Source of the DNA: Octopus vulgaris
Lineage: Eukaryota
DNA: 64,000 nucleotides
Assembly (NCBI GenBank): GCA_951406725.2
Contig: OX597818.1
Location: forward strand, 43,152,001 to 43,216,000
Direction of reading: 5' to 3'
Part shown: positions 1 through 12,825 of the stretch, piece after piece
How positions within the stretch are numbered: position 1 is the stretch's first letter
How the letters are laid out: each line of letters opens with the position of its first letter
The notes under the pieces: generated by a model
Told to the model about the DNA's origin: nothing
Database searches by the model: none
Seen by the model: the letters and a program-made list of their open reading frames with translations, nothing else
Program-made: the position numbers and the translations under genes

Positions 1-68
<68 letters not shown>

Positions 69-112
69 TGTGTGTGTGTGTGTGTGTGCGTGCGTGCGTG
101 TGTGTGTGTGTG
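1..112. repeat. (TG)n microsatellite
   Basis: Direct dinucleotide run with a few interruptions. Confidence 0.95.
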
Positions 113-114
113 TT

Positions 115-300
115 GTTCCTCTGCTTGACAACTTGTTGGTTTGTTTATGTCCCTGTAATGTAGCAGTTCAGTAAAAAGACTGTCGAACAAGTATCAAATT
201 TAAAAATAAGATATTGGTGTTGATTTCTTCCATTAAAACCTTTCAAAGTGATGCTCCAGCATAGCCACAATCCAATGACTGAAACAATCGAAACATAAAT
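115..300 (+). mobile_element. Degenerate 3' half of SINE family A
   Basis: Matches the tail of the 61986-62382 copy (gcttgacaac...tgctccagcat.gcc.ca.tc.aatgactgaaaca). Confidence 0.75.
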
Positions 301-710
301 GATAGATGAGTCTCTACTTGGTCTCTGGACCTGCTAGAAAAAGCATTGAAATTTTCCTCAAACCTATCCTACCATCTTAGAAAAAGTAAAGATACAATTT
401 TGATAGTAGTTTTGATATATTGTCTAAAATTAGATGGGATGGCCATGGGTGGAATATTCAGTGATAGGATTACTCAATAAAGGCTGATCTGGCCTGGGAT
501 TAAACAACAGCTCCTGAGAAATACTGCTTAATTTTTTTCTGTACTTTTAACTATTTAATCCATTCTTGTCGTTGAGGTCATGTAACCAGCTACTGAAATC
601 GCAATACTGTTGGCATTCATCTGTTGATGAGTTCTTGTTATCAATGAGATCCTAATTATGAAGTTACAAGGATATACACGAGCCAACACTGGTCATTAAG
701 TGGGGGAGAA

Positions 711-741
<31 letters not shown>

Positions 742-839
742 AAGACAAAGACACACACAAACATGAGTATACATACACTCACCTATACATACACACACAT
801 ACAATCACCTATACATACATACAAATGTGCACACACACA

Positions 840-1132
840 CATCATCATCATCATTTAATGTCTGCTATCTTTGCTGTCATGAGTTGGACAGTTTGACCAG
901 GGCTGGCAAGCTGAGGGGCTGCACCAGACTCAAGTCTGATTTGGCATGGTTTCTATGGCTGGATGTCCTTCCTAAAGGCTTCCACACAGTTTCCATCTGC
1001 CAAATTCATTCACAAAGCATTGGTCATCCTAGAGCTATTGTAGAAGACTCTTGCTTAAGGCTGCCATAAAGTGGGACTGAACCTGAAGCTGCATGGTTGC
1101 AAAGCAAGCTTCTTAACCATACAGCCATGCAT
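840..1132 (-). mobile_element. Fused RTE-tail repeat (family D) and SINE family A head
   Basis: (CAT)n tail plus family D motif at 840-970, then family A head (gtgggactgaacc...cttaaccatacagcca). Confidence 0.7.
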
Positions 1133-1674
1133 TGATAGTAAAAAAAATTAATTCAGTGAGTGTAATAGCAGGAGAAAGATGAACTATTTTTATCTACTAT
1201 AAATCATCCATAAATGATATGAATTTACATGTTATTGTGTCTGCAGATAGTTTTGAAATAATTAGAATATATACCAAAGGGAAAAAGTAGAAAATGTATT
1301 TAATAATATGTTTTTTAAAAGCTATTCTTCAGTGAAAGCTAACTATTATAATCATGAATAATGATATCAAAGTTAGTGGGTCCGCCACATGCTCATGATA
1401 TTGTTATATCATTTACTTAATTAATGTTATCAGCTGGTTATTTTTTATCTAACAGTGATCAAATTGAGTGGCTTCCTCCATATGTGTGTGTATGATAGAT
1501 CATTAGCCACTACATACATTTTTTTCTCTCCTTGTTTCTCTCCTTGTTTTTCCTGTGTCCCTTTCTGTAGAAGTGCATAGGCTCAAAACGTAAAAGACTT
1601 TTTCTATTCCTGTGTGTTATACTAATACATCTGTTTGTTTTGTACACCACCTGTCTTCGTCTTTTGTAAACTCT

Positions 1675-1677
<3 letters not shown>

Positions 1678-1721
<44 letters not shown>

Positions 1722-1835
1722 TTTATGCACCAATATAAATATATATATATATATATACATACATATATATATATATACATACATATATATATATATACAC
1801 ATATATTTATGCATCAATATAAATATATATGTGTG

Positions 1836-1889
<54 letters not shown>

Positions 1890-1939
1890 ACATTTTATAA
1901 AGGGCTTAGTAAAATAAATTACTTTACCACATACTAAAC

Positions 1940-1975
<36 letters not shown>

Positions 1976-2022
1976 ACATTTTATAAAGGGCTTAGTAAAA
2001 TAAATTACTTTACCACATACTA

Positions 2023-2072
<50 letters not shown>

Positions 2073-2100
2073 ACATGTATACATACAACACATATAGATA

Positions 2101-2153
<53 letters not shown>

Positions 2154-2165
2154 TCATCATCATCA
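1678..2165. repeat. Compound (TA)n microsatellite containing a tandem duplication of ~53 bp
   Basis: taacattttataaagggcttagtaaaataaattactttaccacatactaaact occurs at ~1888 and ~1973, separated by (TA)n. Confidence 0.9.
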
Positions 2166-2237
2166 TTTAGTGTCCCCTTTCCATGCTGGCATGGGTTTTA
2201 TATAAATATATATGTATGTGTGTGTAAACATACATGG

Positions 2238-2935
2238 ACAGGTATATTCCTGAAGTTTTCAGACATTTTCAGGAGAGACATTCATTTATTTCAGACAAGC
2301 ACAAAATTCTAATCTCATTCAAAGTAGGATCCTCTCCCTTCAATGCATTTGTAATGCTCCAGCTACTTCATGAAGACCCCATAAAAATGCTCCAAAGTGA
2401 AGGTGTCTAGGATCCTTGTCACAGCCTCCTTCGTCTTCAAAATAACGGCCTCCTAAGGTTCTCCTTAAATTCGGGGAACAACCAAATGGATAGTAGGGAG
2501 GGTGTGGGACAGTTTAGGTGCCCATTTCTGTCAAGTAGTCAGTTACCAGGATGCTCATCATTCAGCATCCCAGGAACAAACTTTGTATCAATTTTGGGCT
2601 TTCTCTTTCTCTTTTACTTGCTTCAGTCATTTGACTGTGGCCATGCTGGAGCACCGCCTTTAGTCGAACAAATCGACCCCAGGACTTATTCTTTGTAAGC
2701 CTAGTACTTATTCTATCGGTCTCTTTTGCTGAACTGCTAAGTTACGGGGACGTAAACACACCAGCATCGGTTGTCAAGTGCTGTTGGGGGGACATACATA
2801 CATACATACATACATATATACATATATATAAGTAGGTGAATGAATTATCCTATGGTTATCGTCAGCATATCGAAACATATGTAGTGAGTAAAGGAATTTT
2901 GTTAACATCTTCGTTCGACTCCATTCTTTCATTCA

Positions 2936-2978
<43 letters not shown>

Positions 2979-3104
2979 GCATCCAGCTGTAGAAACATTG
3001 CCAGATCAGACTGGGCCTGGTGCAGCCTTCTGGCTTCCCAGACCTCAGTTGAACCGTCCAACCCATGCTAGCATGGAAAGCGGACGCTAAACGATGATGA
3101 TGAT

Positions 3105-3162
<58 letters not shown>

Positions 3163-3770
3163 TACACATATATATACACATATATACGACGGGCTTCTTT
3201 CAGTTCCATCTACCAAATCCACTCACAAGGCTTTGGTTAGCCCAAGGCTACAGTAGAAGACACTTGCCCAAGGTGCCACACAGTGGTTCGTAAGCAAGCT
3301 ACTTACCACACAGCCACTTCTACGCTTGTTCAGATCTTCACGAGTAATTCTTTGTACAGTTTCCACACCAACTCCAGACTACATGCTAACAGTCTTTATA
3401 AAATATACGATGGTCTTCATCTAGAAAGTTGCAAAATTTCTCAATCAGCTTTGCTGTTCTGACATCCCTTCCTCTCCTACTCACCCCTTCTCTATCACTC
3501 TCGAACCTCTTGTGCCAATGAAAAAATTAATCCATAAGCAGATAAGCAGTCTGGTGCATTGCACAAGTTTCTGAAGCATTTCACAAGTCTCTAGAGCATT
3601 TTTGCTCAGTTTGACACAAAACTTTATTGAATAGCAAGCTTCCAAATGTCCTGATTGCATTCTGCAAACTAGTCAGCTGTGACAAGCAGTGTTTAGTAAG
3701 GTGTGTTCAAAGTGCTGTCACAGCCATTTCCTTAAATCTGGAATAACAGAACTTGGCAGGTCAGCTTATT
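2238..3770 (-). mobile_element. Decayed mariner (Tc1/mariner) transposon, internally deleted and interrupted by SINEs
   Basis: Manual minus-strand translation gives an N-terminal HWHKRFESDREG...FLDEDHR...VGVETVQRITREDL (3325-3520), then KPKIDTKFVP, LVTDYLTEMG.TVPHPPY, WLFPEFKENL and a C-terminal YKCIEGRGSYFE, all mariner motifs. Stops and frameshifts are present; ends are approximate. Confidence 0.8.
2605..3322 (-). mobile_element. SINE family A split by microsatellites and a plus-strand family D tail (2977-3105)
   Basis: 3' half at 2605-2792 and 5' half at 3185-3322 match the 3832-4226 copy. Confidence 0.85.
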
Positions 3771-3831
3771 AGATGTATAGTAACAATATGCTAAAATTGC
3801 AACAATCTACAACTGTTATAACTGCCTCTCT

Positions 3832-4226
3832 CTTTTACTCTGTTACTTGTTTCAGTCATTTGACTGCGGCCATGCAGGAGCACCGCCTTTAGTCGAGGAA
3901 ATCGACCCCAGGACTTATTCTTTGTAAGCCTAGTACTTGTTCTATCGGTCTCTTTTGCCGAACCGCTAAGTTACGGGGACGTAAACACACCAGCATCGGT
4001 TGCCAAGCGATGTTGGGGGGACAAGCACAGGCACACAAACACACACATATATATACATATACATATATACGACAGGCTTCTTTCAGTTTCCGTCTACGAA
4101 ATCCACTCACAAGGCTTTGGTCGGCCCAAGGCTATAGTAGAAGACACTTGCCCAAGGTGCCACGCAGTGGGACTGAACCCGGAACCATGTGGTTCATAAG
4201 CAAGCTACTTACCACACAGCCACTCC
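3832..4226 (-). mobile_element. Full-length tRNA-derived SINE family A (CORE-like motif gtggcaccttgggcaagt)
   Basis: A-box (TGGCTGTGTGG) and B-box-like (GGTTCAGTCCC) head, internal microsatellite and short-repeat tail; many copies in the window. Confidence 0.9.
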
Positions 4227-4987
4227 TCTCCTAAAAGAAAGTCTCAAAACTTCTAGAATGCACCTAGTATGCATATATGTGTGTGTGTGTGTGTGTGCAT
4301 GTGCGTGTATTTGTATATATGTATATTCGTAAGCACATAAGTATATGTATATTTGTATGTGTATGTACGTACATACACACACAAAACCTAAGAATTGTGA
4401 AATGTGTCAAGTTTTGTTGCTTGTAAATATAAGCTGAACTGGTGAAGTCCTGATGTATAACTAAGGATTTGTTTAAACCACGCAAACTTAAGATCACTTA
4501 TGGTGCTTACTTATAGCTGTCGTTATTTAACCCTCAAGATTACATTAAGCTGCAGAGACTGATAAAGGTGGGTGGTACAATATATTGTTGCCCCTCTAGG
4601 TAATGTAATAAAATTTTGAGGTTAACTTCACTTAAGTACTGAAGTAAATCACTTGACTGTGTGCACATGTGTGTGTGTGTGGGTGTGTAAGTATGTCATC
4701 ATCATCGTCGTCGTCATCATTTAGCGTCTGTTTTCTATGCTGGCATGGGTAACATGGTTTGAATAGAACTAGTGAGGCTCTTAACATCATCATCACCATT
4801 ATCATTATGCTCAACTTTAATGTAATCAAGTCAGCAAGTAAGCATCTTTGCAGCAGCCGCTAAAATTGTCAGCTGAATCTCTTTCTAATTCAAGCCCAAC
4901 CATCTGAGAAAAAGAGCAGCATCTTGGATAATGTGGTCTGGGATGTATTATGTCTGAATAAAAGCCATAATGTTTATAGGTGGAATG

Positions 4988-5220
4988 CCTATTTCTTTAC
5001 TACCCACAAGGGGCTAAACACAAAGAGGACAAACAAGGACAGACAAACGGATTAAGTCGATTATATCAACCTCAGTGCGTAACTGGTACTTATTTAATCG
5101 ACCCTGGAAGGATGAAAAGTAAAGTCGACCTCGGCAGAATTTGAACTCAGAACGTAGTGGCAGGCGAAATACTGCTAAGCATTTCGCCCGGCATGCTAAC
5201 ATTTCTGCCAGCTCGCCACC
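4988..5220 (-). mobile_element. SINE family B (tRNA-like head, Meta-SINE-like central motif) with target-site duplication
   Basis: B-box GAGTTCAAATTC; central TTTCATCCTT.C.GGGTCGAT; ~18-bp TSD tttataggtggaat(g/a)cct at 4973-4990 and 5221-5238. Confidence 0.9.
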
Positions 5221-5238
5221 TTTATAGGTGGAATACCT

Positions 5239-5465
5239 TTAACCATTTTGTTGCCATATTTCTGTTGAAATACACATCCTTTACTTCAGTTAATTCTTAA
5301 AATAATGAAAAGTTTAGTAAAATAACTTTATCATTATTAAGCTGGTGTTTAGGACATAAATTAACAGATTTTAGTGGAAAGTTTTAATTTAAATCTCTTT
5401 AAAACGAGAAGTTTGCATCACAGAATCAAGAGACAGTTTTAGATGGGTTGGTATCAAAAGTGCTA
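5239..5465. mobile_element. Degenerate piggyBac-type MITE
   Basis: Starts TTAA-CCATTTTG; body homologous to 12605-12825 and 26474-26701. Confidence 0.65.
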
Positions 5466-5620
5466 GTGATGATGATGATATGATTATAACAGCTTCTTGA
5501 AATGGTACCAAACCATATATATATATCACTTTTTTTTTTTTAGAAAACCATAAAAATGGAGAAGAAGCACACTCTAAGAAGTAGAGCAGTCTATATTAAT
5601 TACTGGTGAAGGCCTGTTTA

Positions 5621-5680
5621 TAAGGTTACCCTGGGTTTCTTGCCATAAAGCGTATCTTTATGGAATATCATCAGACCCTA
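5621..5680 (-). ncRNA. Type I hammerhead ribozyme motif
   Basis: Minus strand: UAGGGU CUGAUGA UAUU-CCAUAAAG AUACG CUUUAUGG-CAA GAAA CCC A GGG UA ACCUUA. Stem I is 6 bp, stem II has an 8-bp perfect core, stem III is short, cleavage triplet GUA. Confidence 0.75.
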
Positions 5681-5910
5681 AGACTTGTTGGCCTATGGCC
5701 TCTTTAAAGTGTGTGTGTGTGTGGACGGGGGGTGACGAACCAGATATAAACAATGGGGGTTATCTCCCTCTTCTGGTGGTCATTGGCTTCCGGCTATGTC
5801 ATCCTCCTTCAGCTACAACTCTTGTCGATTGTGAGGGTAGGGGGTTGTCTCCCACTCTCATCAGCAATCAATTTCCAGCCGTGGTGTAAATATTATCGCT
5901 AATACCAGCC

Positions 5911-6127
5911 TTTACTGTATTTATTTTGAGATGCTCTGTGTTCCTTTTAATTACTTTAAATATAACAAAGAATTTAGTAAAATAACTTAGTTATCATTAA
6001 GCTAGTGTTAGGAACATAAAATTTGACTAAGGTTTGGTGGAAGATTTTAATTCAAAACTTATGAAAACAAGACATTTGTACTCAGAGCCAGAGCTGGTTT
6101 CAGCCGGGTTGGTAACGAAAGGGTTAA
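5911..6127. mobile_element. piggyBac-type MITE, left end truncated
   Basis: Near-identical to 26474-26701; ends ...AAAGGG-TTAA. Confidence 0.85.
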
Positions 6128-7644
6128 TTATATCCCTTCATCGGAGATGGTGTGAGAGGATAGTTAAGTCATAGTTAGTTTAGATGTGAAAAATTAGTTT
6201 CATACATAGGTACACTGTTAATTTTTGGAGACAAGCATAATTGCTTGTACACTACTGGTACTGACTTTGTTAAACCAAGAAGCATTAAAAATAGAAGTTA
6301 ACCTCAACAGTATTTTATTACATTACCTAGACGGGCAACATTGTATTGTATTGTACTAACCACCTTTATCTGACTCTGCAGCTTAATGTGGACAATTTAC
6401 ATAAAGTTATCTGCATGTCTTCTTTATAATTATGTATTAAGAAGAATCTGTTTTTATTTTGTTATTAGTTTATGCAATATGTTTGTACTTCGACAGAGGT
6501 GACCTTCTTGTTGAAATACATTGATTTCCTTTACAGCTTATTTGGAGTCTGATTAAGAATTGGAAAATGTCACTTTTCCCTGACTTCTATTTCAGCTTTA
6601 TAAATGAGACTTGATAGATCGATGGACACTGAAGACAAAAGCATATTCTATAATTTAGCCATAGCTGAAGTTTGTTGTAACTGTCCTCTTTGTTATTGTG
6701 CTGCTATTCTGTATTATCTCCATTCTTCACCATAAGAGGTTAATTTCCTGTCAGTAGATGAATCTTAACATGGTTTTTCTCAGAGTGGAATACATCGTTT
6801 TAAAACTGGGCTTCCCCAGCAGGAGGCTGCAGACAATATCTAAGGATGTTGGCAAATTATCAGATTTCTAAATACTAACTTATAATAAGTTTGGAATATA
6901 GATAAAACTCTAAGTTAGGAAAAGTCTTTCAAAATTCTATGGTTACCGTTGAAGATAACATTATTAAAAAAAAAAAAATGAAAATCACTAGTCTAGTATA
7001 TAAAAATAAAAATGCAAGCTTTTTACCTTATTTATTTATTTATTTATATATTCATTTATTTATTTATTTATTTATTCTAGCAATCTTCATCGTAAATATA
7101 ATGAAGAACCATTTTATTGGAATTACAAAGAAATCTATAATCATTGCTTTATATAAATACATCAAATAGCTGGTCGGCTGCCATGTCAGTTGGAATATCT
7201 TATTAATTAAAAAAACACATACCTTGCAGAGTATGATGTTTAGTTATATAATAGAACACCAATCAACAGGAGTAAAGAAAAATATTATTATAAGGTTTAT
7301 TCTTAGAAATTAAAGTTGCTGTGACAGTGTCAAGGAAAGTAAGCACTGAAATAATTATGAAAAAATATCTACTGGTCTATTAAGTAAAAAAATGACAGGC
7401 CGTTGTACAAGTTTCTTCTTGCTTGTGCTCTTAACATTGTCATCTCATGCTCTAATTTTATTTGCATTACACCTGTTTCATGTTAATGTTGAACATTCAG
7501 TCTGAGACATCACCAGTTTAAACAAGATCAATCATAATCTATTAACCATTGCATGCACATAGTTACAACTATTTTGGGAAAGGATTCTACACCAAATTAC
7601 CACTATGACATCAGTTTTATTTTGTTATATTCTAACAGCTCCAT

Positions 7645-8060
7645 CCAAGTGAGATCACTGCCAGAGCAGCTGTCTGGCAAGTAAAGAGCACCATTTGAGT
7701 GTGATCGTTGTCAGCGTCGCCTCACTGGGACTTGTGCCGGTGGCACATGAACAAAACATTCGAGCAAGGTCATTGCCAGTGCTGCTAGACTGACTCCTGT
7801 GCAGGTGGCATGTAAAAAACACCATTTTTGAGTGTGGCTGTTGCCAGTACCACCAGACTGGCCCTTGTGCCGGTGGCACTTTAAAACCACCCACTACACT
7901 CTCGAAGTGGTTGGTGTTAGGAAGGGCATCCAGCTGTAGAAACTCTGCCAGATCAGACTGGAGCCTGGCGCAACCATCTGGTTCGCCAGATCTGTCATAT
8001 CGTCCAACCCATGCTAGCATGGAAAGCAGACGTTGAATGATGATGATGATGATGATGATG
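7645..8060 (+). mobile_element. Family D repeat (RTE-LINE 3' UTR-like, internal subrepeats, (GAT)n tail)
   Basis: Repeated gtaaaaagcaccatttgag units; conserved ...ccaacccatgctagcatggaaagcagacgtt.aa(tga)n end; the same tail follows RTE coding sequence at 55737-56590. Confidence 0.85.
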
Positions 8061-11000
8061 TATATTGAAAATATTCTTTCCCGAAATAATGCTAAACTCT
8101 TTTTCTGAAAGAAAACGAAATCCTAAAATCATTCTCGATATCATTAAAGTAAAATTCTAATTTCTTGACAATGTAATTTAGCATGTGTGTTTCGATAAGA
8201 AATTCCCAGATTTGAATGACTAATCAGTGCACAGTTATGTCTGCCTGAGAGGCTCTAAATAAACATAGGCATCATTACTGTGAAATAAACCATATGGATT
8301 GTGTAGTAAAGTATTTATTTTAAGGATTGTCACTCTCCTCATATTGAAAATATCTTTACCACAGTCAATTCTGACCATTGTCCTTTAAAAATGTTTCAAA
8401 CATGTCACAAATTACATTACCCTTTGGTTTTGTTAGTTTCCCTCTCAGACAGGGGCTGAGCTATATAAATATTATTAGGACATTTTATTTGATCATCTGC
8501 CTAATGTATAGTGGGGGAGGTCTGATCATAAATGTTTTATTCCTGTCTAATGTCTCCCTTACCTCTCACTTCTATCATCTTTTCCCTATCCCCAAATTCC
8601 ACTCTGAATGTTTTTCTGGGTTTTTTATTGTTGGTTTACCTCCCACCCCCTCTGTCTCTCTCATTTTTCATTTTTTTTTTTCTCTCTTCTTCCTGTGCTA
8701 CTATCATTGAGACAGAGAGATGGATGGGTGTGGAATAGAGCAAAGGAAAGGAAACATATCTAATAATCATTTGAAAGATCACTATAAGCAAACGAAAGTA
8801 AAAGTAAATAAATAACAAAGTTATCAAAATCTATTCCATTCAAGAGCCAAATTAATCAATGAGGAATGCCACTCTAGTAAAAAAAAAAAAAGATGAAAAT
8901 GTGGATGCTTCCCCTGAAATAGTTAAATATTTAATGTCTAAATAAAGTAAATGTTTAAGATTTCACATGGAAATTTTCATCTATCGGCATATCCAAATGT
9001 TATAGAGTGTTTTTGAGAAAAAAATGTTTAGAATTTTTTTGCTTTCAGCAAGGACATTTTAAATGTTTGGAAAACAGATCTGAAGAATTGTTGCATAGAT
9101 TAGTTGTTGGAATTTTTGTCTGTAGACATTGATATTAACATGAGAAATGATAATGATTCTATTTTTGTTGTTTTTATTTTTAATAAAAAAAGGGCACAAT
9201 TGATAGAAAAAAAATATCAAAGTTCAAATATAGTCTTGTTGATAAGCATATGCATAAATAAATATGATTTGGTATTTTACTTAATTGTAAAAAAAGAACA
9301 TTAGGTCTGTTCATTATTCAGTATCCCTTACTGGTGCTCTTTACTACCCCTAACCATTATTCTCAGTCCAGTGATATTCCATCCACCTGCCCACCATCAC
9401 CCATTGTCATTACAATTCTACTTCTTTCCCACCATCATCCCTCTGTCACTTTATTTTTCTTTCATCATTATGCCTGTGAAACAAAAGGATAACATCAGAG
9501 CTTTCCATATTCAGTAGCATTACCCTCTACAGCGACCCATCATTTCCCTCTGCCCTTGTTTTTCTCTCCTCTCATTCAACCTTTACCAACATCTGCCACT
9601 CTCACTATCACTCATCTCTATTGTTATCCACCACTCACTCTCTCTCCTATCTTTGCACATTATTATTGCTGCTATCCCCAAAACATTTTTCATGCTGTTT
9701 CCTGTTCAACATCTTACCAGCAACCAACTTATAGGTTTTGCCATGTCTCTCCCCCACCCCCACCCCCACCATCCTATCATTCTGTCTTCTCCATCTCATA
9801 CTTTCATACTAACATTCTCTTGCACTTTCCTGATCATCACTCATTTTCTATTTGCATTATCAGTCACATATTTTTTGAAAGAATAGAGATTACATAGTGC
9901 AGAGAGGACTTTGTAGTCTTGCAGGGGACAATACAACCTGTCTAGTGTTGGTGCCGTGATACAATGCACCCAGGACACTCTGTAAAGTGGTTGGCAATCA
10001 GACAGTAATAATGTAGGATTGACAATACACTTTGGTAGTGTCAAAGACATGACAACCTCTCTCATGCTAATGCCATGATAAATTGCAACTGGTACACTCT
10101 ATAAAGTGGTTAGTGATAGGAAGGGTATCTAATTGTAGAAACCATGCTAAAAATACAAACAAGAAACGGTCCTCCAACCTGCCTGGAAGAGCAATAACTC
10201 CAAATAAGAACTGATTCTGCCTGTGATGGACTAAATTTCACTAGTTCTGTGGTTTATTCAGAGTGTTTCAAAAAGCTACAAACCTTGTGTAATTTCAATG
10301 TAACTGTCAATATATTTATGATAAATAGGTGGACTCTACACATACTGAATCTTCTATTAAGTCAATGTTCATTGTTTTTATGCTTCTAAATATATACATT
10401 TGTAACTATATATATTTATGTGTGTGTGTGTGTGTGGGTGAGTGTGTGCATATGTGTACATATGCACACACAACAAACTTCTGCACAGTATTTGCATACC
10501 AAATTCTATTCACAGATATCGATCAACTAAGGCTGTAGTAGAAGACACTTGCAGAAGGCTTCTTGTATTTACATTTTACCATCATCATTTGAGCATCCAT
10601 TTTCCCATGCTTGCATAGGTTGACTGGAATTTCTTAAGGCAGGTTTTCTACAGCCAGATACTCTTCCTGTTGCCAACCCTTACCCACTTTCCAGCAAGGT
10701 ATAACCAGACATGTATTCATGGAAAATTGGAAACTGTAGACACTGCTTGTATGACAGTAACATCCATTTATAACTATCATGCAATGCCAAGGCTACAAGG
10801 CAATAACACACTTGTGCACACACACACAAGCTTCTTTCATTTTCTGTCTACCAAATCCACCCACAAGGCTTTGGCCAGGGCTATAGTAAAAGGCACTTGT
10901 CCAAGGTGTCATACAATGGGACTGAACCCAAAACCATTTGGTTGGGTAGAAAACTTCTTACCACGTGGCCATGTCTATACCTATATGACTTTAATATGTA

Positions 11001-11134
11001 TGGTTTTATCATTTTCTTCTTGGATTGTTTTATCTTTGCTATCTTTCTGTAATTATTGGAAAAGCCTCCAGTTATTAAGCGAAGACCAGATTCATTTTTT
11101 TAATCTTTTGCACTTATTTAGGCACATTATAGAT

Positions 11135-11266
11135 GCAAGCATGGCTGTGTGGTTACAAAACTCACTTTGCAACAGCATGGTTTTAGTTTCAGTCCCACTG
11201 CAACACCTTGGGTAACTAATTCTTTTTCAGGGGGTTTGGTAAATGGAAACTGTACAGAAGCTCATC

Positions 11267-11302
<36 letters not shown>

Positions 11303-11790
11303 CTTTGTGTGGAGGCGTGTGGCTTAGTGGTTAGGGTGTCAGCATCATGATTGTAAGATTGTGGTTTTGATTCCTGGACCGGGCGAAGCGTTGTGTTTTT
11401 GAGCAAAATACTTCATTTCATGTTGCTCCAGTCCACTCAGCTGGCAAAAATGAGTAACGCTGTGATGGACTGGCGTCCCATCCAGCTGGGGAACACATAT
11501 GCCATTGAAACTGAGAAACTGGGTCCATAAGCCTGGCTAGGCTTTAAAAGGGTGCAAGAAGAAGTGTGTCTTTGTGCCTGTGTTTGTCTCCCCACCACAC
11601 TGTCTGACAACTGGTGTTGGTTATTTATGTCCCTGTAAACAAAAGAGACCAATAGAATAAGTAACTAAAATAAATAAAATCAGTATGAGAGTCAATTTAT
11701 TTGACTAAAAACCCTTCAAGGTGGTGACCCTTCAAGATGGTGACTTTACATGGCCATAGTCCAATCACTAAAGCAAGTAAAAAATAAAGC
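11135..11790 (+). mobile_element. SINE family A, with a family C SINE nested in its internal (TG)n
   Basis: Family A head at 11135-11270 and tail at 11565-11790 flank the insert. Confidence 0.8.
11309..11563 (+). mobile_element. tRNA-derived SINE family C (V-SINE-like motif gatggactggcgtcccatccag)
   Basis: A-box TGGCTTAGTGG and B-box-like GGTTTTGATTCC; related to 16695-17002 and 41885-42310. Confidence 0.8.
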
Positions 11791-12604
11791 TATTATTCAT
11801 TTTTTAGAATTATTTATTTTATTTAAAACTATTTGAATTATCTCCTTTAGAACCTTTGATATCACATTCTTATCCTGCAAAATTATCTGCAAAGAATAAT
11901 CGAAGACAAACTAGCTCATATATATCACAGTTTTAGAAATGGCAACTTGGTAAAAATAGAACCGAATAACATAATATTCAGTTTTGTCCTGCGTTCAGCT
12001 TCAAAATCTAACTTTGCTTTTCCTTCAGCTAAGTTTACTAAATTATGTACCCAGCATGCACTGAGGTGTTTTAATTGATTATACACCTCCACAAAAAAAA
12101 AATGAAAAATTTGTGACTTTGTGCCAATAGGAAAAAATCATTTTATTAGATCATTGATTTTTAAGATAGACTCAACACCACAAATTTGGTGCAAGAGGTC
12201 AGTCGATTAAATCAACCTTAGTACTTGACTAGATTATCAAAATAGATTCCTCTTATTTCTGTTCAACTTTGGGCCTTATGGGATTGGTATCTACATATGC
12301 TCAAGCAATATATATGCTTTATGTGCATTTTAGAATATTTTATTGGCAGTCTTTCTTGGCATTGACATTTTAGGTCATTATTAATTCTGTTATTACATTA
12401 AATGATTTCTTAAATAGTAATAAATTGGTATCCTGGGAGAAGCAATATATTGAACAATTTTTGTAATAGCTTAATGTAGATTGGTGATGAACAAAGCTGT
12501 GCAGTAGCATAGTTAGCAGAATTCTTCCAAATAGAGAAAATTAACTGCAAGAATGATTTTAATGAAAAGTTTGGAAGACCATAGATTCATAAATTCTATG
12601 GTGA

Positions 12605-12825
12605 TTAACTCTTTTGTTACCAAATTTCTGTTGAAATACACTGTTGGTGTTTCAATTAATTGTTAAAATAACGAAGAATTCAGTAGAATAACTTTGTTAT
12701 TATGCTCGTGTCTGGAATGCAAATTAACACAGAATCTTGATGGAAGGTTTTAATTTAGTTCATTTAAAAACAGGATATCATAGGAGCAGGGTGGTTTTGA
12801 GTGGTGTTGGTATCTGAAGGGTTAA
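12605..12825. mobile_element. piggyBac-type MITE
   Basis: TTAA at both ends (12605-12608, 12822-12825) and imperfect TIRs CTCTTTTG.TACCAA / TTGGTA.CTGAAGGG. Confidence 0.75.
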
